A stretch of DNA of 56,724 nucleotides, filler included, from Sphacelaria rigidula (taxonomy: Eukaryota): NCBI GenBank assembly GCA_964200075.2. It is 7 parts of 7 records of this genome, joined end to end, with 100 filler letters (N's around TTAATTAATTAA, not from the genome) between each part and the next. Parts side by side here need not be neighbours in the genome. Positions count along the whole stretch, not along the records: positions 24,355 to 32,372 come from CAXNAA020012621.1; positions 32,473 to 40,490 come from CAXNAA020012622.1; 5 more parts are not named here. One strand, 5' to 3'. Both the position numbers and the translations under genes were made by a program. This document shows positions 24,255 to 36,653 of this stretch, piece after piece. Below the pieces are notes generated by a model that was given only the letters and a program-made list of their open reading frames with translations, searched no databases and had not been told where the DNA came from. Every line of letters starts with the position of its first letter. Position 1 is the first letter of the stretch.

Positions 24255-24903
24255 NNNNNNNNNNNNNNNNNNNNNNNNNNNNNNNNNNNNNNNNNNNNTT
24301 AATTAATTAANNNNNNNNNNNNNNNNNNNNNNNNNNNNNNNNNNNNNNNNNNNNGAGGCCCACTGATAATTTTGCATTTGAATGACAGTCAACAGTGAGT
24401 TGCTTTTTTCTGTGGTATCGCCACTTCCAGAGACAGCCACAGCTTTTACACTGCCTCATGGGTGTCTAACCGGAGGGGGGGGGGTGAACAATTTCGGACC
24501 ACTGGATGGCTAACGGTAACAAAAATACGTCAATAAGAGGGGATAGTGCAGAAAATGGGAGATATGCATCTCCTTGGTGTTTGGGGGCAACATTTATACA
24601 ACAATCCTGAAAATCTACTGTCGAGTCTCTTCCAGGAAAACACGGCCAGATGAAAAGTGCTCGCTTTGTCCTTCATCAAGTTGAATATGTTTCTATTGGT
24701 AGCTCCTCTTTTGACCACCGTCGGGGAGATACGTCCCTTTCGTCTCCCGAAGTTAAGCCGGCAACGACCCCCCGCCCCGATTCCCCAACCAGGTCCACCA
24801 GCCGAAGCGTGATGGATCTATGAACCTCCGTTCTGAACAAGAACACGCACATAACCTCTACTTTTTAGTCTTCAGCCTTCTCTCGCCACATATTATTAGC
24901 AGT

Positions 24904-27900
24904 CTACTGCCTCTTGGCGGTTTTTACAGGAGACGTGGGTGCTGGTAGCTCAGTGCCCCCGAGGAACCTTCTCCAGTGAAGCAACATGTCACTTGTTGGA
25001 GGAAAGAGACGGGGGCGCCTCGGACCTTGGGTAGGAAAGGTTGATGGGCTTCCGGCCTGTTGCTGCTGATGATCCCAACTCGCGGAACAGTCGAAGGATC
25101 TGTCCGGAAGCTGATAGGGAAGAGCGGATGCAATGTCACTAGTGGCGTCGTAGGTGGTGCGTTTCACGCGACTCCGCCTCAGTTCGACGGAGGTCATACC
25201 GGCTGCCACTAGAACAGCTTGCTGGATGTCGCGCGAGAGAAAAGCAACGTCGGGGAAAAGCACAGGCAAAACGTCAAGTATCGGCGTGTGTGCAATGTAT
25301 CCACGGATGAGTAGGGGGTGGTAGAGAGCACAGAAGTTTCGCATGGCTTCTCGTGCTTGTTTCCAGTGCGTCGGTACTCAGCATGTAATGCACAGTACAT
25401 AGCCGTTGCGTGGACTGTTCGACATCAAGTTAGAGCGCTCGAATAGTGAAGGCGAAATGAAACGCATAATGGAGGAATAGAGCAGCAGATAGTGCAAACA
25501 AAAGATCGTTATTCTCTTGCGTGCCATGATTCTCAATTTTTGTTCGCCAACGGATTGCTCCGGAGTCCCTGGTGAAGCCCGCAAAAACGGATGAGAGTTC
25601 CGTTCTCCTCCCCGCAGCATAACCCGCATGTCACCTGAAGGTCCTAGAATACACCTAGTTGTATCGTATCCACTTTGTTTTTTCGCAGTCCCGTTCTCAC
25701 ATAGGATCTCTCAAGATGATTGATCAGTATGTTTTTGTACCCGCTTACCTGTGCTGCAAACGCGGCGACAAGGACACTCGCCACAAGCGCATAGAGTGCG
25801 TGAAACACTGGTTCCCCTCCCCTGTTATGCCGCACGAGGCATGCCACAGCTGCAATCCGCCACTGACACACGTGAACACCAGCGGATCCAGTGAGAGGTG
25901 TAGGAGGACAGGAGAGGGAGGAGAAGCGGGAGAAGCGTCACATTGTGGTGCCTCGTAATTTCTGCATCGTAGATGCACAGGTGGGGGGATGTTGGCAACA
26001 TTCAGGATAAATTAGGGTGCATTCATTGAAAAATAGACCCGCCTACCGCATGGCAAATCTGTGAAAAAAAGGCAACGAAATAAATCAGTGCCTATGACCC
26101 CCATATACCCGCATCTTTCGCGGACGCCCGGCCACGCACTGGTGTAGCGTCCAGCATAGGCAACTGTAATAGTGACTACATCGTTTCATACATTCAGTAC
26201 AGGATTGTCACCTGTCTAGCTCGTTGATCGTTGCACAGGGGCTCCCTCTCAACTTGCAGAAGAGCCATTTGTACGCCAAACCACGTCGCCAATCCCGACA
26301 GCAGTGTGAGGAACGCGAGGAAGGTTCTGCGGGTTCGTTCAGCCACGCACTGACCCACCCACACGCAGTGGTGATCGCGCAATCGAAACGTGGACCTGTC
26401 GTGGATTTCGACAATACAATTTACAACCAACGCCGATAATCGCACATGGTCATTTTCCACGTTCGGGATCTTGGTGGTGATATACCCAAGCGATGTCCTT
26501 TCTTCTCCTTTTGTGTGGCGATGTAGCAGTCCGCCTCCATGCGGTTTACCTTAACTTCACATGTATTTCACCACGTAATGCGGGGCAATGTCTTTTATGC
26601 TGTGGACCATTCTACTGCTGCTGTCATACATTAGTCATATTTTTTCTGCGTCACTAGGGGGTACTAGACGATACTGCACAGTCGGCGAGACTTGAGCTGC
26701 CACGTCGACCGGTCGCAGCAACTGAAACGGAGCGCCCTCATACCTCATACCTTGGGAAATCGATGGGCCACGCAGGCCAAGCTTGCACGCAATACACTCT
26801 TCTAGTACATTCATTCTTATTTTCTGAAGCAACAGCCGCGTCGACCCCGGGGCCGTTTAATCGGGTGGCCGAAGGCAAACCATCGAAAGCAATGACAGTG
26901 TGCCACGGAAGCGAACCTGCATATGCTGCACCTCCCCGCTCTGACAGCCGCGAAGCGTTTGTTTTTGTCGTCGGTTGAAATATCGTCATCCTCCAAAACA
27001 TGGTCTCGACCGGGGTCCGCCAGGCAACAGTGTAAGTGACATCCCACCTACAAGCAGGGCACAGAGATCAAAGGGATACCGCCACCACCGCACCACCACC
27101 GCACAGTTAAATTCAGCAAAATATCTGAGGACACGCCAAGGATGCAGCGTGTCAGCTAGCGCTCATCACCTAGTGCTAAGTGTGACGGGAAAACTGCGTT
27201 GATTTTGTCGCCCGGGCATTGGAATCTCCGACGCGGTATATCTACAGCCTACGAGGAAAGCACACGCAGAAAGAGGCGCTCAAGGTTGTGCCGCATGGAA
27301 AAGCGTGATGTGGAGGGGATGGAAAGTAGACTCCAAGAAACGCCTCACACAGTTGTTGGAAACAGAGGGGCGAATTACAGCGGGACGAAACACGCTACAT
27401 TTTTGTCGCTTTGAACACGCGTGCACTGGTGACTAACCAAGAAGGCGGCAGCGCGATTGTAGCTGAAGCAATCCCTTCCAGTAGCGAGAGCAAAACACAC
27501 GCACCATCACAGGGTGAAAATGATGCGCGGTCCACACTGCGCGAGGCCAGTGCCCTACGGCAACGCAAACATGACGTTGGGAGCGTGCTCACCAGAACAA
27601 TTAAAGCCATGTGTGCTGTCAAATCTGCCGTCCAAGGTATTCTTGTGCGAACATCGGTCAAGTAGCGATAGTAGCTCCCCAAAAGCGACAATGAAAGCCA
27701 TGCCTCGACGGGCGGAAAGAGGGTTCGGGACGACACGGGGCGGGGTGGGTTGGGCGAGATATTAATATGTAATTATCGCAGTCTGCTACGGTGCTGTTTT
27801 TATACCCCCGAATCTGTAAGCTCTTCACAGAAACAGACAACATGGACAATAACAGCTGGTGTAATCAACACTGGCACACAATCGCGCGCGTACAATGGGT

Positions 27901-28355
27901 TAGTACAAGCACGACGTCACACTCATCGCTCGGAAGTCTCAACCTTCCGCGAGCGAGATAGCGCCCAAGCTGAACGCGGACCAGCACGTACTGACTCATG
28001 CACATCGGTATCTTCCCTGCTCCCCGTCAAGCTCATCCGTGACCGAGCCTTCCATTCACCCCCAGAACAACCACCATCTCACCACGTGGAACTGCGAATT
28101 GGACCGACGCTTCAGCGCTTGAATATGAGAGAATCCAAGGCCGCCAAAACACACCATCAACGTCAACACCGCCTCCAACAGAGTGGTTGATTGCCGTGCT
28201 CTCCAGCGCAGCTGACTCAGCCGGAAGGATCACACAACAGGCGAACAAACAGCGAGGTTTAGGCTTTTGTCTCGAGTGGGCGTCGGCGGAATATGTGCAG
28301 GGATTTGTGATGTGATGTGAGTGCGACATCAGTGATGCTCACCATCGGGGCAGCC
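24904..28355 (-). CDS. DHHC-type protein S-acyltransferase (palmitoyltransferase), ZDHHC23-like, 5' end uncertain
   Basis: Exons (minus): 28343-28355 (micro-exon, tentative), 28083-28211, 27593-27703, 26917-27047, 26212-26395, 25749-25862, 24904-25221 (stop). Phases are consistent. Protein has TM helices, 'LADPG', 'RCSICRSTFRLRDHHCVWVGQCVAE..RRTFLAFL', a TTxE-like 'GMTSVE' and C-terminal 'HWRRFLG'. Confidence 0.9.
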
Positions 28356-30880
28356 CTGAGGGTGTAGCAACGGGACAACGGGGGGTGTTCGGGCAAAAGC
28401 AGAAGGGTGTTAATGTCAGGTGGGCCGCGATGACAATTGCACACTTTTTCTCTGTATCATAAAACTAGCATGATCCGTGAAACTCAGCGCATTCATTCAT
28501 CAGTAGTTCACCGCGTTCCAGCGTTTTTTGGTGAATGTCAATACTGTGGAAGAGTGAGGTACGTAATCTAGACGCTGCGATTGCTTCGAAAGCGTACGAG
28601 GGGGGGTGGTCACACCACGGCACGTATCACGCAGCGCACATGCAGTTGCGCAGCACGCAGCAATCCTGATGCCAGATAGTGTGGTTTTGTAACGAACAAG
28701 AAAGACCAGAACAAACAAGTAGCAGAAGGCGAAATTGTACCCGCCGAAGAAACTCGGTGTCTAGTAAACAATGGTTATACTCCCAACATTGCTATCTCAC
28801 ACGTCCGCTCCCGGGATTATCGGCCCTTGATTTTTTGCAGAGATACCCCGAACATCGGGCATCACGGTCGAAACACACATGGCATCGACGTTATCTACAT
28901 GACAGAATTCATTTGTCTTGTATCGACGAAACTTGTCCAGAACCCGCGAATGCCTCGAGTCGTGTCCCGCGTGTGCCCCAGAGTAGAACCAGAGCACCAA
29001 GGATAAATAATAGCCAAGACCATGCCTTGACCGTTCACTACTCGAATGCTGTTGAAAGAGCACTCACCAAGCACAGTAGTGTCGCTGAAACGACCCAGGC
29101 CAAATCAATTCGCTTTGCACCACCAGGCCAAGGTATTCTGTGGGAGTCGAGGAAGACCACGAACAAGGCAACGAGAACAAGATACACAACTTGCGCATTC
29201 AAAGCACAGCTCGCCGCACCTACCCGCCCTCACCGCTTCAGTTGCTCGATGCGAATACTACGAAAAACGTCTGCCTGGTGTGCCGACAAACAGGAACCCA
29301 TGTCTCGCGAAGACAATAATACGAGAGAAGAAGAAGAAAAAAAAAACAGGGCTGGACAATTGTCAGCACAGCTACCACTGCGCCATACTCGTGGCGGCGA
29401 TTGTCGTTACCTACCTCTATAGGTGCTATCGTTGGTCAGGATAGGATTCAGGATTTACGGTACCTTGACCGATCTTGAGCGACGACAAGTATTCGTTCCC
29501 ATCGGTTGATGTTGCTCGCGTTCCCATCCGCTGTAGGGCCAGGGCGGGACGTTGAAGACACGAGGTCCGTGAAGGTTTCGTCGAGATCGTCGCACTCGCA
29601 GAACAGCTGCATCGGCACCAGGCGGAATCATTAACATTGGCGTCGGCATTGACATTTGAACCGTCGCTGTCAGATATGTCGTTTCTTCTAGTCGTGCACA
29701 CAGTAGGGGGGTCGACGGTGACACGTTGTACAGTCAGTATTAGGGTGAGTGTTGGCACGGTCCAAGCTGGGGAGCACCCATGAAGAGCATGCAAGCGCAG
29801 ACGTTGACGGTCAAGTATATCGGGTATGGGAGAACCGCTAGTCGGCGAGGATGGTAGACATAGTGGTAAAACAGGAAGGATAATATATATGTTGTCAACC
29901 TTTTCCTTTTTTTTTCCCCCGACTTGTCTCGAAAACAAATCGCTGGGAAAAAAAATGCGACGCTAGATTTTCAGAGTAATCTGTAGGCACTCTTGAATTG
30001 TTCTTATTTCCTGCACTGGTCAGTTTAAGAAAGCTGCTCTCATATTTTTGGGAGAAGCTATTTATTTCCGCGAAAATTCGGAGATTTCGCAGAGAATGAA
30101 TATACCCGTTGATAATATCCCTTAGTCTATACTTCAGCCGAGAGTTGCTCGAGGTAGAGGATTCCAGTGGCAAGCTCACCCAATCACCCTTGATCATCAC
30201 TCCGAGTACAAGAGCTGTTTGAAACCAACATCAATAAATAGTGGACGACGCATTGGGATTATCTTTCTCGCCTGCTGCGAGCTTGATTAATCCATCGTGT
30301 CTGTGATACAGTTGGTGGTGAACCATAGATTAGCGAGGGCGTGAAATCGTCTGGCAAAATTAGGATACACACGCCACGATGACCGGATAGCACACACATT
30401 TAACCCGTTTACGCCGATTAAAGCGGTTTGATCAAGTGACAAACAACTATGATCAACACCCAAAGGAGTGGGCTTGACCCCAATCCGTCCTTTCGCACAC
30501 CGTGCTGCCAGGGGTCGCCATCGTTCGCACCGCATTTGCACCTGCGTTGCGCAGTTCACTATGGAAGCGCAGAGATGGCATCTAAATAAGGACAAGAAGT
30601 TCATAAAGGTAGTCATTAGAGACTAGCGAGAAGGTGATCCAAAACTCCAGCGTGGCACACAATAAATACAACACTACCCTTCCTGTCACTCCTCTAGCGA
30701 AATGCCGACGAGGAAAATATTTTTCTATTATGTCTCGTTGGATTATTGCATCAGCTCTCTTATTCAGACCCGCGGGTGGAACATACCCCGGAGTTTAAGA
30801 TTCCCCCGACAAGCACTGTAAAAAACACCACCCCTCCGGCGGGGGTTAAGTCACCGACGTCTCCTTTGCTCAAATACACA

Positions 30881-30920
30881 ACCAGCACAATCCGTGGGCA
30901 ACCAGCACAATCCGTGGGCA
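30881..30920. repeat. 20-bp perfect tandem duplication
   Basis: accagcacaatccgtgggca x2. Confidence 0.9.
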
Positions 30921-31164
30921 TTTTGGTTGGAAACTTTGGAGTAAGACGGAAACGCGATACAAAGTATATAAAATTACCCGAAGTTGTAAGGCACAGCGAC
31001 CTTATGCTGTACAGTACTGCACGGTACAGTACAGCAGAGCAGCTGAGCATGCACACCGTGCTCTTTCAGAAGGTAGTCAAATTCAATCGCCAACCTCCTC
31101 AGTTTCAATCAACCTAGCACCGAGATACATGTACAGGCTGGGCCGCCCAAGACAAGAACAGGAA

Positions 31165-31222
31165 TATTGGCACGCGATTATGCTGCTCCATTTTGGGTCG
31201 TTTTCACTGAAATTTTGACACG

Positions 31223-31254
<32 letters not shown>

Positions 31255-31880
31255 CGCACTTTGACTGACCCCCCCAGGTAGTCATGATCCAGCCGTGGTC
31301 TCATGATGTACAGGACATATATGCAAAGGCCCCATCTTTCCTCCCGTAGTTTTTTTTTTCGTGAGTTATTTGCGATTCTGTTCCGGAAAAAATCTTCTGA
31401 AATGTTCAGTTGCCAATGACTCACAGAAAAAAAGTGCAGGAGAGGAAAGATGGGATCTTCGCACATACGTCCTGACATAGTGTCAAGATTTCATAGTAAA
31501 CGACCCAAAATCGAGCAGGATAATTGCGTTTTCGTGTCGGACACCATTTCCTATGTGGAGATGGACCAGCCACGAATAATTGAAACGCGGTTATGCTGTT
31601 CACGTTCAAGTTGTTTTCCATGAAATTTTGACACGATGTGCATGACGTACAGTATGTTCAAGGACTCTTCTGTCCCCCTCTGACATTTTTTTTGAGCCGC
31701 CCGGGATTTTTTCACCGGAAAACTATTCCGAAATGTAGACCAGCAATAACTCACGAGAAAACAAAAAAAAACGTGAGGGGATAACAGTAGGGACTTTGCA
31801 CATACCTCATGTACATCGTGTCGAAATTCATAATAAACGACTCAAAATTGAGCAGCGCAACCGCGTTTTTCCGGCGAAAA
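31165..31880. mobile_element. Two adjacent related palindromic MITEs in opposite orientation, the first interrupted by a LINE tail
   Basis: Arms acgcg.ttatgctg...tgaaattttgacacgat (~31173 and ~31586) pair with ...gtgtc.a.atttcat...aaacgac.caaaat.gagcag (~31480 and ~31818); (GATT)n LINE tail at 31224-31310. Confidence 0.65.
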
Positions 31881-32172
31881 CCAGTTGGCTTGCTTTTCAA
31901 GTACAACAGCCTCAGCCGGAACTTTGACGTTCTCTACAAGCTTTCTTCACCCACTACTCACCGGTTCGCACATTACTACCAGACGCCTTGGCGCGCTGAG
32001 GGCCTCGTCTGCGTGTCGTCTTAGACACTGCGTGCCTACAGTACGACATACATTGTTGTACAACCACAACTTGTGGAGGCAGCACCACGACTTGCGGCCG
32101 CGGCACAACCGACTGTAACCGAAAATTCGACTTCAGACGTTTTCCTCCCTAAGTCCGCCGCACATGCCCCAT

Positions 32173-32372
32173 GCCGGTCGCCCCGGTGGCTCAGTTGGTA
32201 ACCTCGAAACCTTCTGACGGTTGAGTCGTGGATTCAATTCTCGGAGTGATCTGGGATTCTTCTCACACCATACCCAGCAATGGAGAGCGACTACGTCGTG
32301 GGTACACAAAATTCGACTTGACGGTCAACGAGGGAAAGGGATTGATGAACCCCTCTCGCGATAAAAAATAAA
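32173..32372 (+). mobile_element. tRNA-derived SINE, 5' half (cut by contig end)
   Basis: Reverse complement of ~4600-4798, including A and B boxes. Confidence 0.9.
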
Positions 32373-32472
32373 NNNNNNNNNNNNNNNNNNNNNNNNNNNN
32401 NNNNNNNNNNNNNNNNTTAATTAATTAANNNNNNNNNNNNNNNNNNNNNNNNNNNNNNNNNNNNNNNNNNNN

Positions 32473-33348
32473 GGCGTCGAGCGGGTGATGAGCTGCGCGG
32501 CCGTGTCCGAGGCAACTACGACTGCGGCCGCCTCAACTGCTGCCGCCGATACCGCCATCGACGGCGCACCCACCACCAATACCACCATCATCACCACCAC
32601 AAACAACAACAGCAATGACGATCCGACCACCTCCACCACCACCTCCACAAGCGCCAGAAACCGCAACAACAACAACAACAGTAGCAGCAGTATCATCAAC
32701 AACAACAACAATAACGACAACAGCAACAGGCGTATCGAAGATACCTCGCGCAACAGCCGCAGTGAGGGCGCCGAGGTGTCAACGTCCCAGGGTGCGCGCG
32801 TAAACTCCCCGCTGTCGGCTCCCCTACCCGCAGTAAGTGGCGGTGCATTTTCTGATTCTTCGAAGGCGCTGGTGTTGCACACAAGGCCGCCATGGACTGG
32901 ACGTGGAGCAGTCGCCTCCATGATATGCCACACAGAGCTCCGCCGGAAGGAACTTGGTGAAACGATGGCATGGGGTACGGAGGGTGCCACAAACGTGTAC
33001 CAGCGTGAGCCGGTGTTCGTGAGTAGTGCTACCGCCGGTACTCGGACCCTGACCACTGATACTGCCCGAGTGGGGATATTCGGTGATATGGCAGCGGTTA
33101 CAGCGGGCGGCAAGCGGGTGGTGGGCTGTGTAACCGGATCCGAGACAACTGCGACTGCGGCCACCGCCACAGCTGCCGCCAGCATCGCCAGTACAGTCGC
33201 GCTCAATACCACCACCACCACCACCACCACCACCACCACCACCATGGACGAGTCATCCTGCGATGGGGGAACAGGAGTATTCGATTCCATGACCCACGGG
33301 GATTCGTGGATGTTGTATGAAACACTACGCACGTTGATGCTGGAATAA
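32473..33348 (+). CDS. Terminal exon of an unidentified protein with Thr/Asn/Ala low-complexity tracts
   Basis: Frame open from the contig start for ~290 codons, GC-rich third positions, ordered-looking islands ('ALVLHTRPPW', 'MICHTELRR', 'DSWMLYETLRTLMLE*'). Confidence 0.6.
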   Translation, partial: GVERVMSCAAVSEATTTAAASTAAADTAIDGAPTTNTTIITTTNNNSNDDPTTSTTTSTSARNRNNNNNSSSSIINNNNNNDNSNRRIEDTSRNSRSEGAEVSTSQGARVNSPLSAPLPAVSGGAFSDSSKALVLHTRPPWTGRGAVASMICHTELRRKELGETMAWGTEGATNVYQREPVFVSSATAGTRTLTTDTARVGIFGDMAAVTAGGKRVVGCVTGSETTATAATATAAASIASTVALNTTTTTTTTTTTTMDESSCDGGTGVFDSMTHGDSWMLYETLRTLMLE

Positions 33349-33506
33349 TGTTGAGGGAAGAATAGTGTTGCGAACAATGCAAATGGGGTAGGTTCGGCTG
33401 TGCTGGAAATTTGTCGTGTAGGGGAGCCCAAGTGATTTTAACCTGGAGTCCGTACAAAGCTGTGTACGCGCGTATCTGACAATCAGTTGGAATGTGTTTG
33501 GGTGAG

Positions 33507-33615
33507 GAGCACACACAACATTCTTCTTGTCTCTGTCTTCACCAATGTATTTCACGCATACAATCCGATATGTCTCCTCGATTGGTTCGCTTTGTGGCGA
33601 GTGATTCACGACAAC
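33507..33615 (+). repeat. Dispersed repeat, second copy at 36945-37053
   Basis: gagcaca.acaacattcttcttgtctctgtcttcaccaa...atccgatatgtctcct.gattggt.cgctttg.ggcgagtg..tcacgacaac in both. Confidence 0.85.
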
Positions 33616-33954
33616 ACGTCACTGCGCGCCGCCGGATCCACGGCATGAAATGGGCACACTCTTGTGGGCCGCCCATCGCGGGGTATGACAAACGCAAATG
33701 CAGATGGAGCGGATGCTAAGAGCAACAGACGCTATGGCGTCACTATAATGTGAATACTACCCGAGGCTCATGCTCGTACAGTAGAGGGAATTCATTCGGT
33801 CCCTTAACTTTGAATTTGTATACATATATATTCCGACAACTGATGGGAAACGTCGACCACATACCCATGAGACACGCTACCCGACATTTACTTGCCCTAT
33901 GTCTACCACCATTCACGTATATCACCATATATATATAATATATATGTACATATA

Positions 33955-35245
33955 TCCCTTCACTTTTTTCACCTCTTTTGCCGAGTTTCCTCATGCGGCA
34001 AGGCATCTCATCACGCGCTTTCTTTTGCAGTGCACGAAGAAGGTGCAGCGGTACATTAACTTTCAGGTTTAGGTGTCATCTGGTTCCTGTGGCGCGTGTT
34101 CTGGCCATCAAAAGTCGCCCACATTGGCTCCTTTTTGCGGGGTGTCGATCCCAAACCACAAAAGCCTCAATATAGAAAATTTCAAACAAGAACCCGAACC
34201 ACAAAAGCCTGTTCATGGCGGGGTATTTCTTTGCGTTCCCGTTGATTCGGGAGCACGAAGATAGCGGTTGTGTAGCGAATGTCACAAGAATATGAAAGCA
34301 AAGCAGTTGAAAACAATTGAACACTGCCTTCGCCTGAGGGTCTTTCTTAACGAAGGGGATTATCCCTTTTTTCACAATCTCCTTTTGACGGGGGATTGGC
34401 CCCTTAACGACCAGTCCCGAGTTTTATCGACAAGCAATTTTGTTCTGGTTGGAACCCAGATCCGCACGCAGATCCAGAAACGCGGTGGGTCTGGAAGTGG
34501 TCGTTAGTCCAAGCAGGTCCAAGGTCTGTGTAATGCTGCAGACAAGACACAACAAGGCACCACAACATCTACACACCCAGCTCCGAACAAACACGCACAG
34601 ACACTCACGACTCACGCGCATTACTTTCACTGCTGACCCCTGCTAATCTACACACGACAGTCTTTGTTTGACATAAATCCGTTCTGTATCGGACGAATGA
34701 CGGCCTCATGCGTGTCAAACAAAACCGAAAACGTGTTGTTGCTGACCATTTTGTAAGCGTGTCCTGCGCGCGCGTCTCGCACAAATCATGATTTCTCAAT
34801 GAATTCGGAACAGATTTGAGCAAGGTCATGCACAACGTGCACAGCTGATGAGCCGCTACGTCTCGAGCTGTGTGTGGTTTTGGCTTGCGGGGCCACCAAG
34901 TTCCTCAGGTTCAGCTCTAACTGTGTTCGGCTGTGTGGTGAGCCTTCGCATGTGCCCGTCAACCGGACACGTAGTATGTTCCCTTCGAGGTGTCCGGAAA
35001 TCACCTTTTGAAAAGGGGATTTCAGGAAGTGTTTTTGCTTCCTGAAATCCCCTCTCCAGAGGGGATTTCTCTCCACGTTGAGGTTTTTTTTCGGAGGGGG
35101 TGATATCGCAGCGACCAATCACCGGTCGTTTTTCAAAAAGGGGATTCTAAAAAAGGGGATCATCCCCTTCGTTAAGAAGGGCCCTTAGTCAGCAGCAAAA
35201 CCAAGACCGTACAAGGAGCTGTTGGCGAGTTGAACAAGGCACACA
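33955..35245 (+). mobile_element. Helitron-like family, 5' part (interrupted by a Harbinger-like MITE)
   Basis: Colinear with 11427-11870 on both sides of the 34338-35184 insertion. Confidence 0.65.
34338..35184. mobile_element. PIF/Harbinger (Tourist-like) MITE
   Basis: TIRs gggtctttcttaacgaagggga / tccccttcgttaagaagggccc; 3-bp flanks TGA / TTA; empty site ggccTTAgtcc visible in the paralogous copy at ~11810. Confidence 0.85.
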
Positions 35246-36473
35246 CGTGGGCAAATGTCCTCACTATCGGTCAGCTGTGCTCGACAAGCGCAGGGGGGTG
35301 ACCAAATCCCTGTGGTCAGGCAGTCCGTAACAGAGAGTTCCCTCAAAGGATGCACCTGTGTGAAGTACCGGCGCAAGAATGTCCATGTGACAAGGATTCA
35401 TCCCTGCACAAGTACTGGGGGCTTGAAGAAATGTACGTGAGCAATGGTTGGTGCTATGGAGATGCCACCAACCCTAACGCTAACCCTAGCACTAACATCG
35501 ACCAAGGCATACCGAGAACTCTCGGGCAAGGGTGGTGCAGTTTCGTAGCTAAAGCGTGCGTTACGAGAACTCGTATCGACGCCTTTCGAGAGCTCAAATC
35601 GACGTCTTTGAGCCGATTTTGGACCAAAACACGTTCTGGACGACCTGGTTCTACTGCTCACCACTACTCACCTGCCCCAAATCATGATTTTTCTCAGAAT
35701 TTCTTCAGTCTGAAACCAAGTCAAATCGAGTACCAATCGTTGTTTATGTACATTTCTTTGGGTCTACCAGTGTCGCACTACAGGCGAATGCACATATATA
35801 TGCATGCGCAGATGCATAAACTTAGACATCTTGAGCGACTGGACGGCCGACGCGGTAGCAAACTGGCACTGATCTGTACTGCGGTCTTTTCTGGATCATG
35901 ATCAGCTGTAGTGCACCGATCGGCATACAGTCTGTTGAGCTGCGCACTTCATGGCGCACGGCTCTAAGCGCGCTGCAGCGCTGCGAGGCGCTGAAACATC
36001 GCTCATAGGCTGTGCAAACCACGGTCAACAGTTCCAAGTCGCTATATCTGGTGCTGTGCGCTGCAGCAGTGCGCACTAGAGGGCAACACGGTAAGATTTT
36101 GTTCCAAAAACAAGTTTTTTGCTTTTGGCGCAACACTGACTTCACAGGATCATCTCTGTGCCGGTGCTTCTCAGGTTAATAACTGTGAGTTAGCCCGCTG
36201 ATTCGGTAAGGGCCTCGCGGAGGGATATTTCGGAACTGCTACAATTAATCACTATTTGACCGCTTTTCCTTCTCAACCGTATCCTCTACTCTCAATCTCA
36301 CGAAAACATCGTTCTATGTAGTTGGGGGCTCCCTCACCAGTTGTGTTTGTTTGTCCACGTCTGTTTATTTTTCGCGGAGGGCAATATATACTTGCTCGAT
36401 CGAAGCGGACAACGCGGTGATTCGCGCATTTTTCTCCCTTCATTCAACCCATGTGCATTATTATGTACATATA

Positions 36474-36653
36474 TCATTTCACATGTTCACCACTTTTGCC
36501 GAGTTTTCTCCACCAGCAAGGGATTTTTCCCCACGCTTTCTTTTGCAGCGCACTGAAAAGGCATACTCGCACGAAGTATATTCTATACTTTCTATACTTT
36601 TGACTTGCGTCACCCCCGGGAGCCCCGTACCAACCTCCCGAAGGGGGGCCTTG
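36474..36653 (+). mobile_element. 180-bp minimal Helitron-like copy
   Basis: Family 5' end (A|TCatttcacat..caccacttttgccgag) fused to the family 3' end (hairpin cgggag..ctcccg, CTTG|T). Confidence 0.65.

Noticed and set aside
28600..28680. 'IAACCATACALRDTCR' as a ZDHHC23-type N-terminal exon
   Set aside because: Suggestive, but I found no donor in the phase needed to join the micro-exon.
28679..29422. 247-aa plus ORF
   Set aside because: No domain, non-coding-like composition, no splice support.
32421..33431. 336-aa minus ORF with poly-V/L
   Set aside because: Antisense shadow of the low-complexity plus-strand exon.
35245..35435. Gene fragment captured by the Helitron-like copy
   Set aside because: Short Cys-containing frame with no recognisable family; element boundary unknown.
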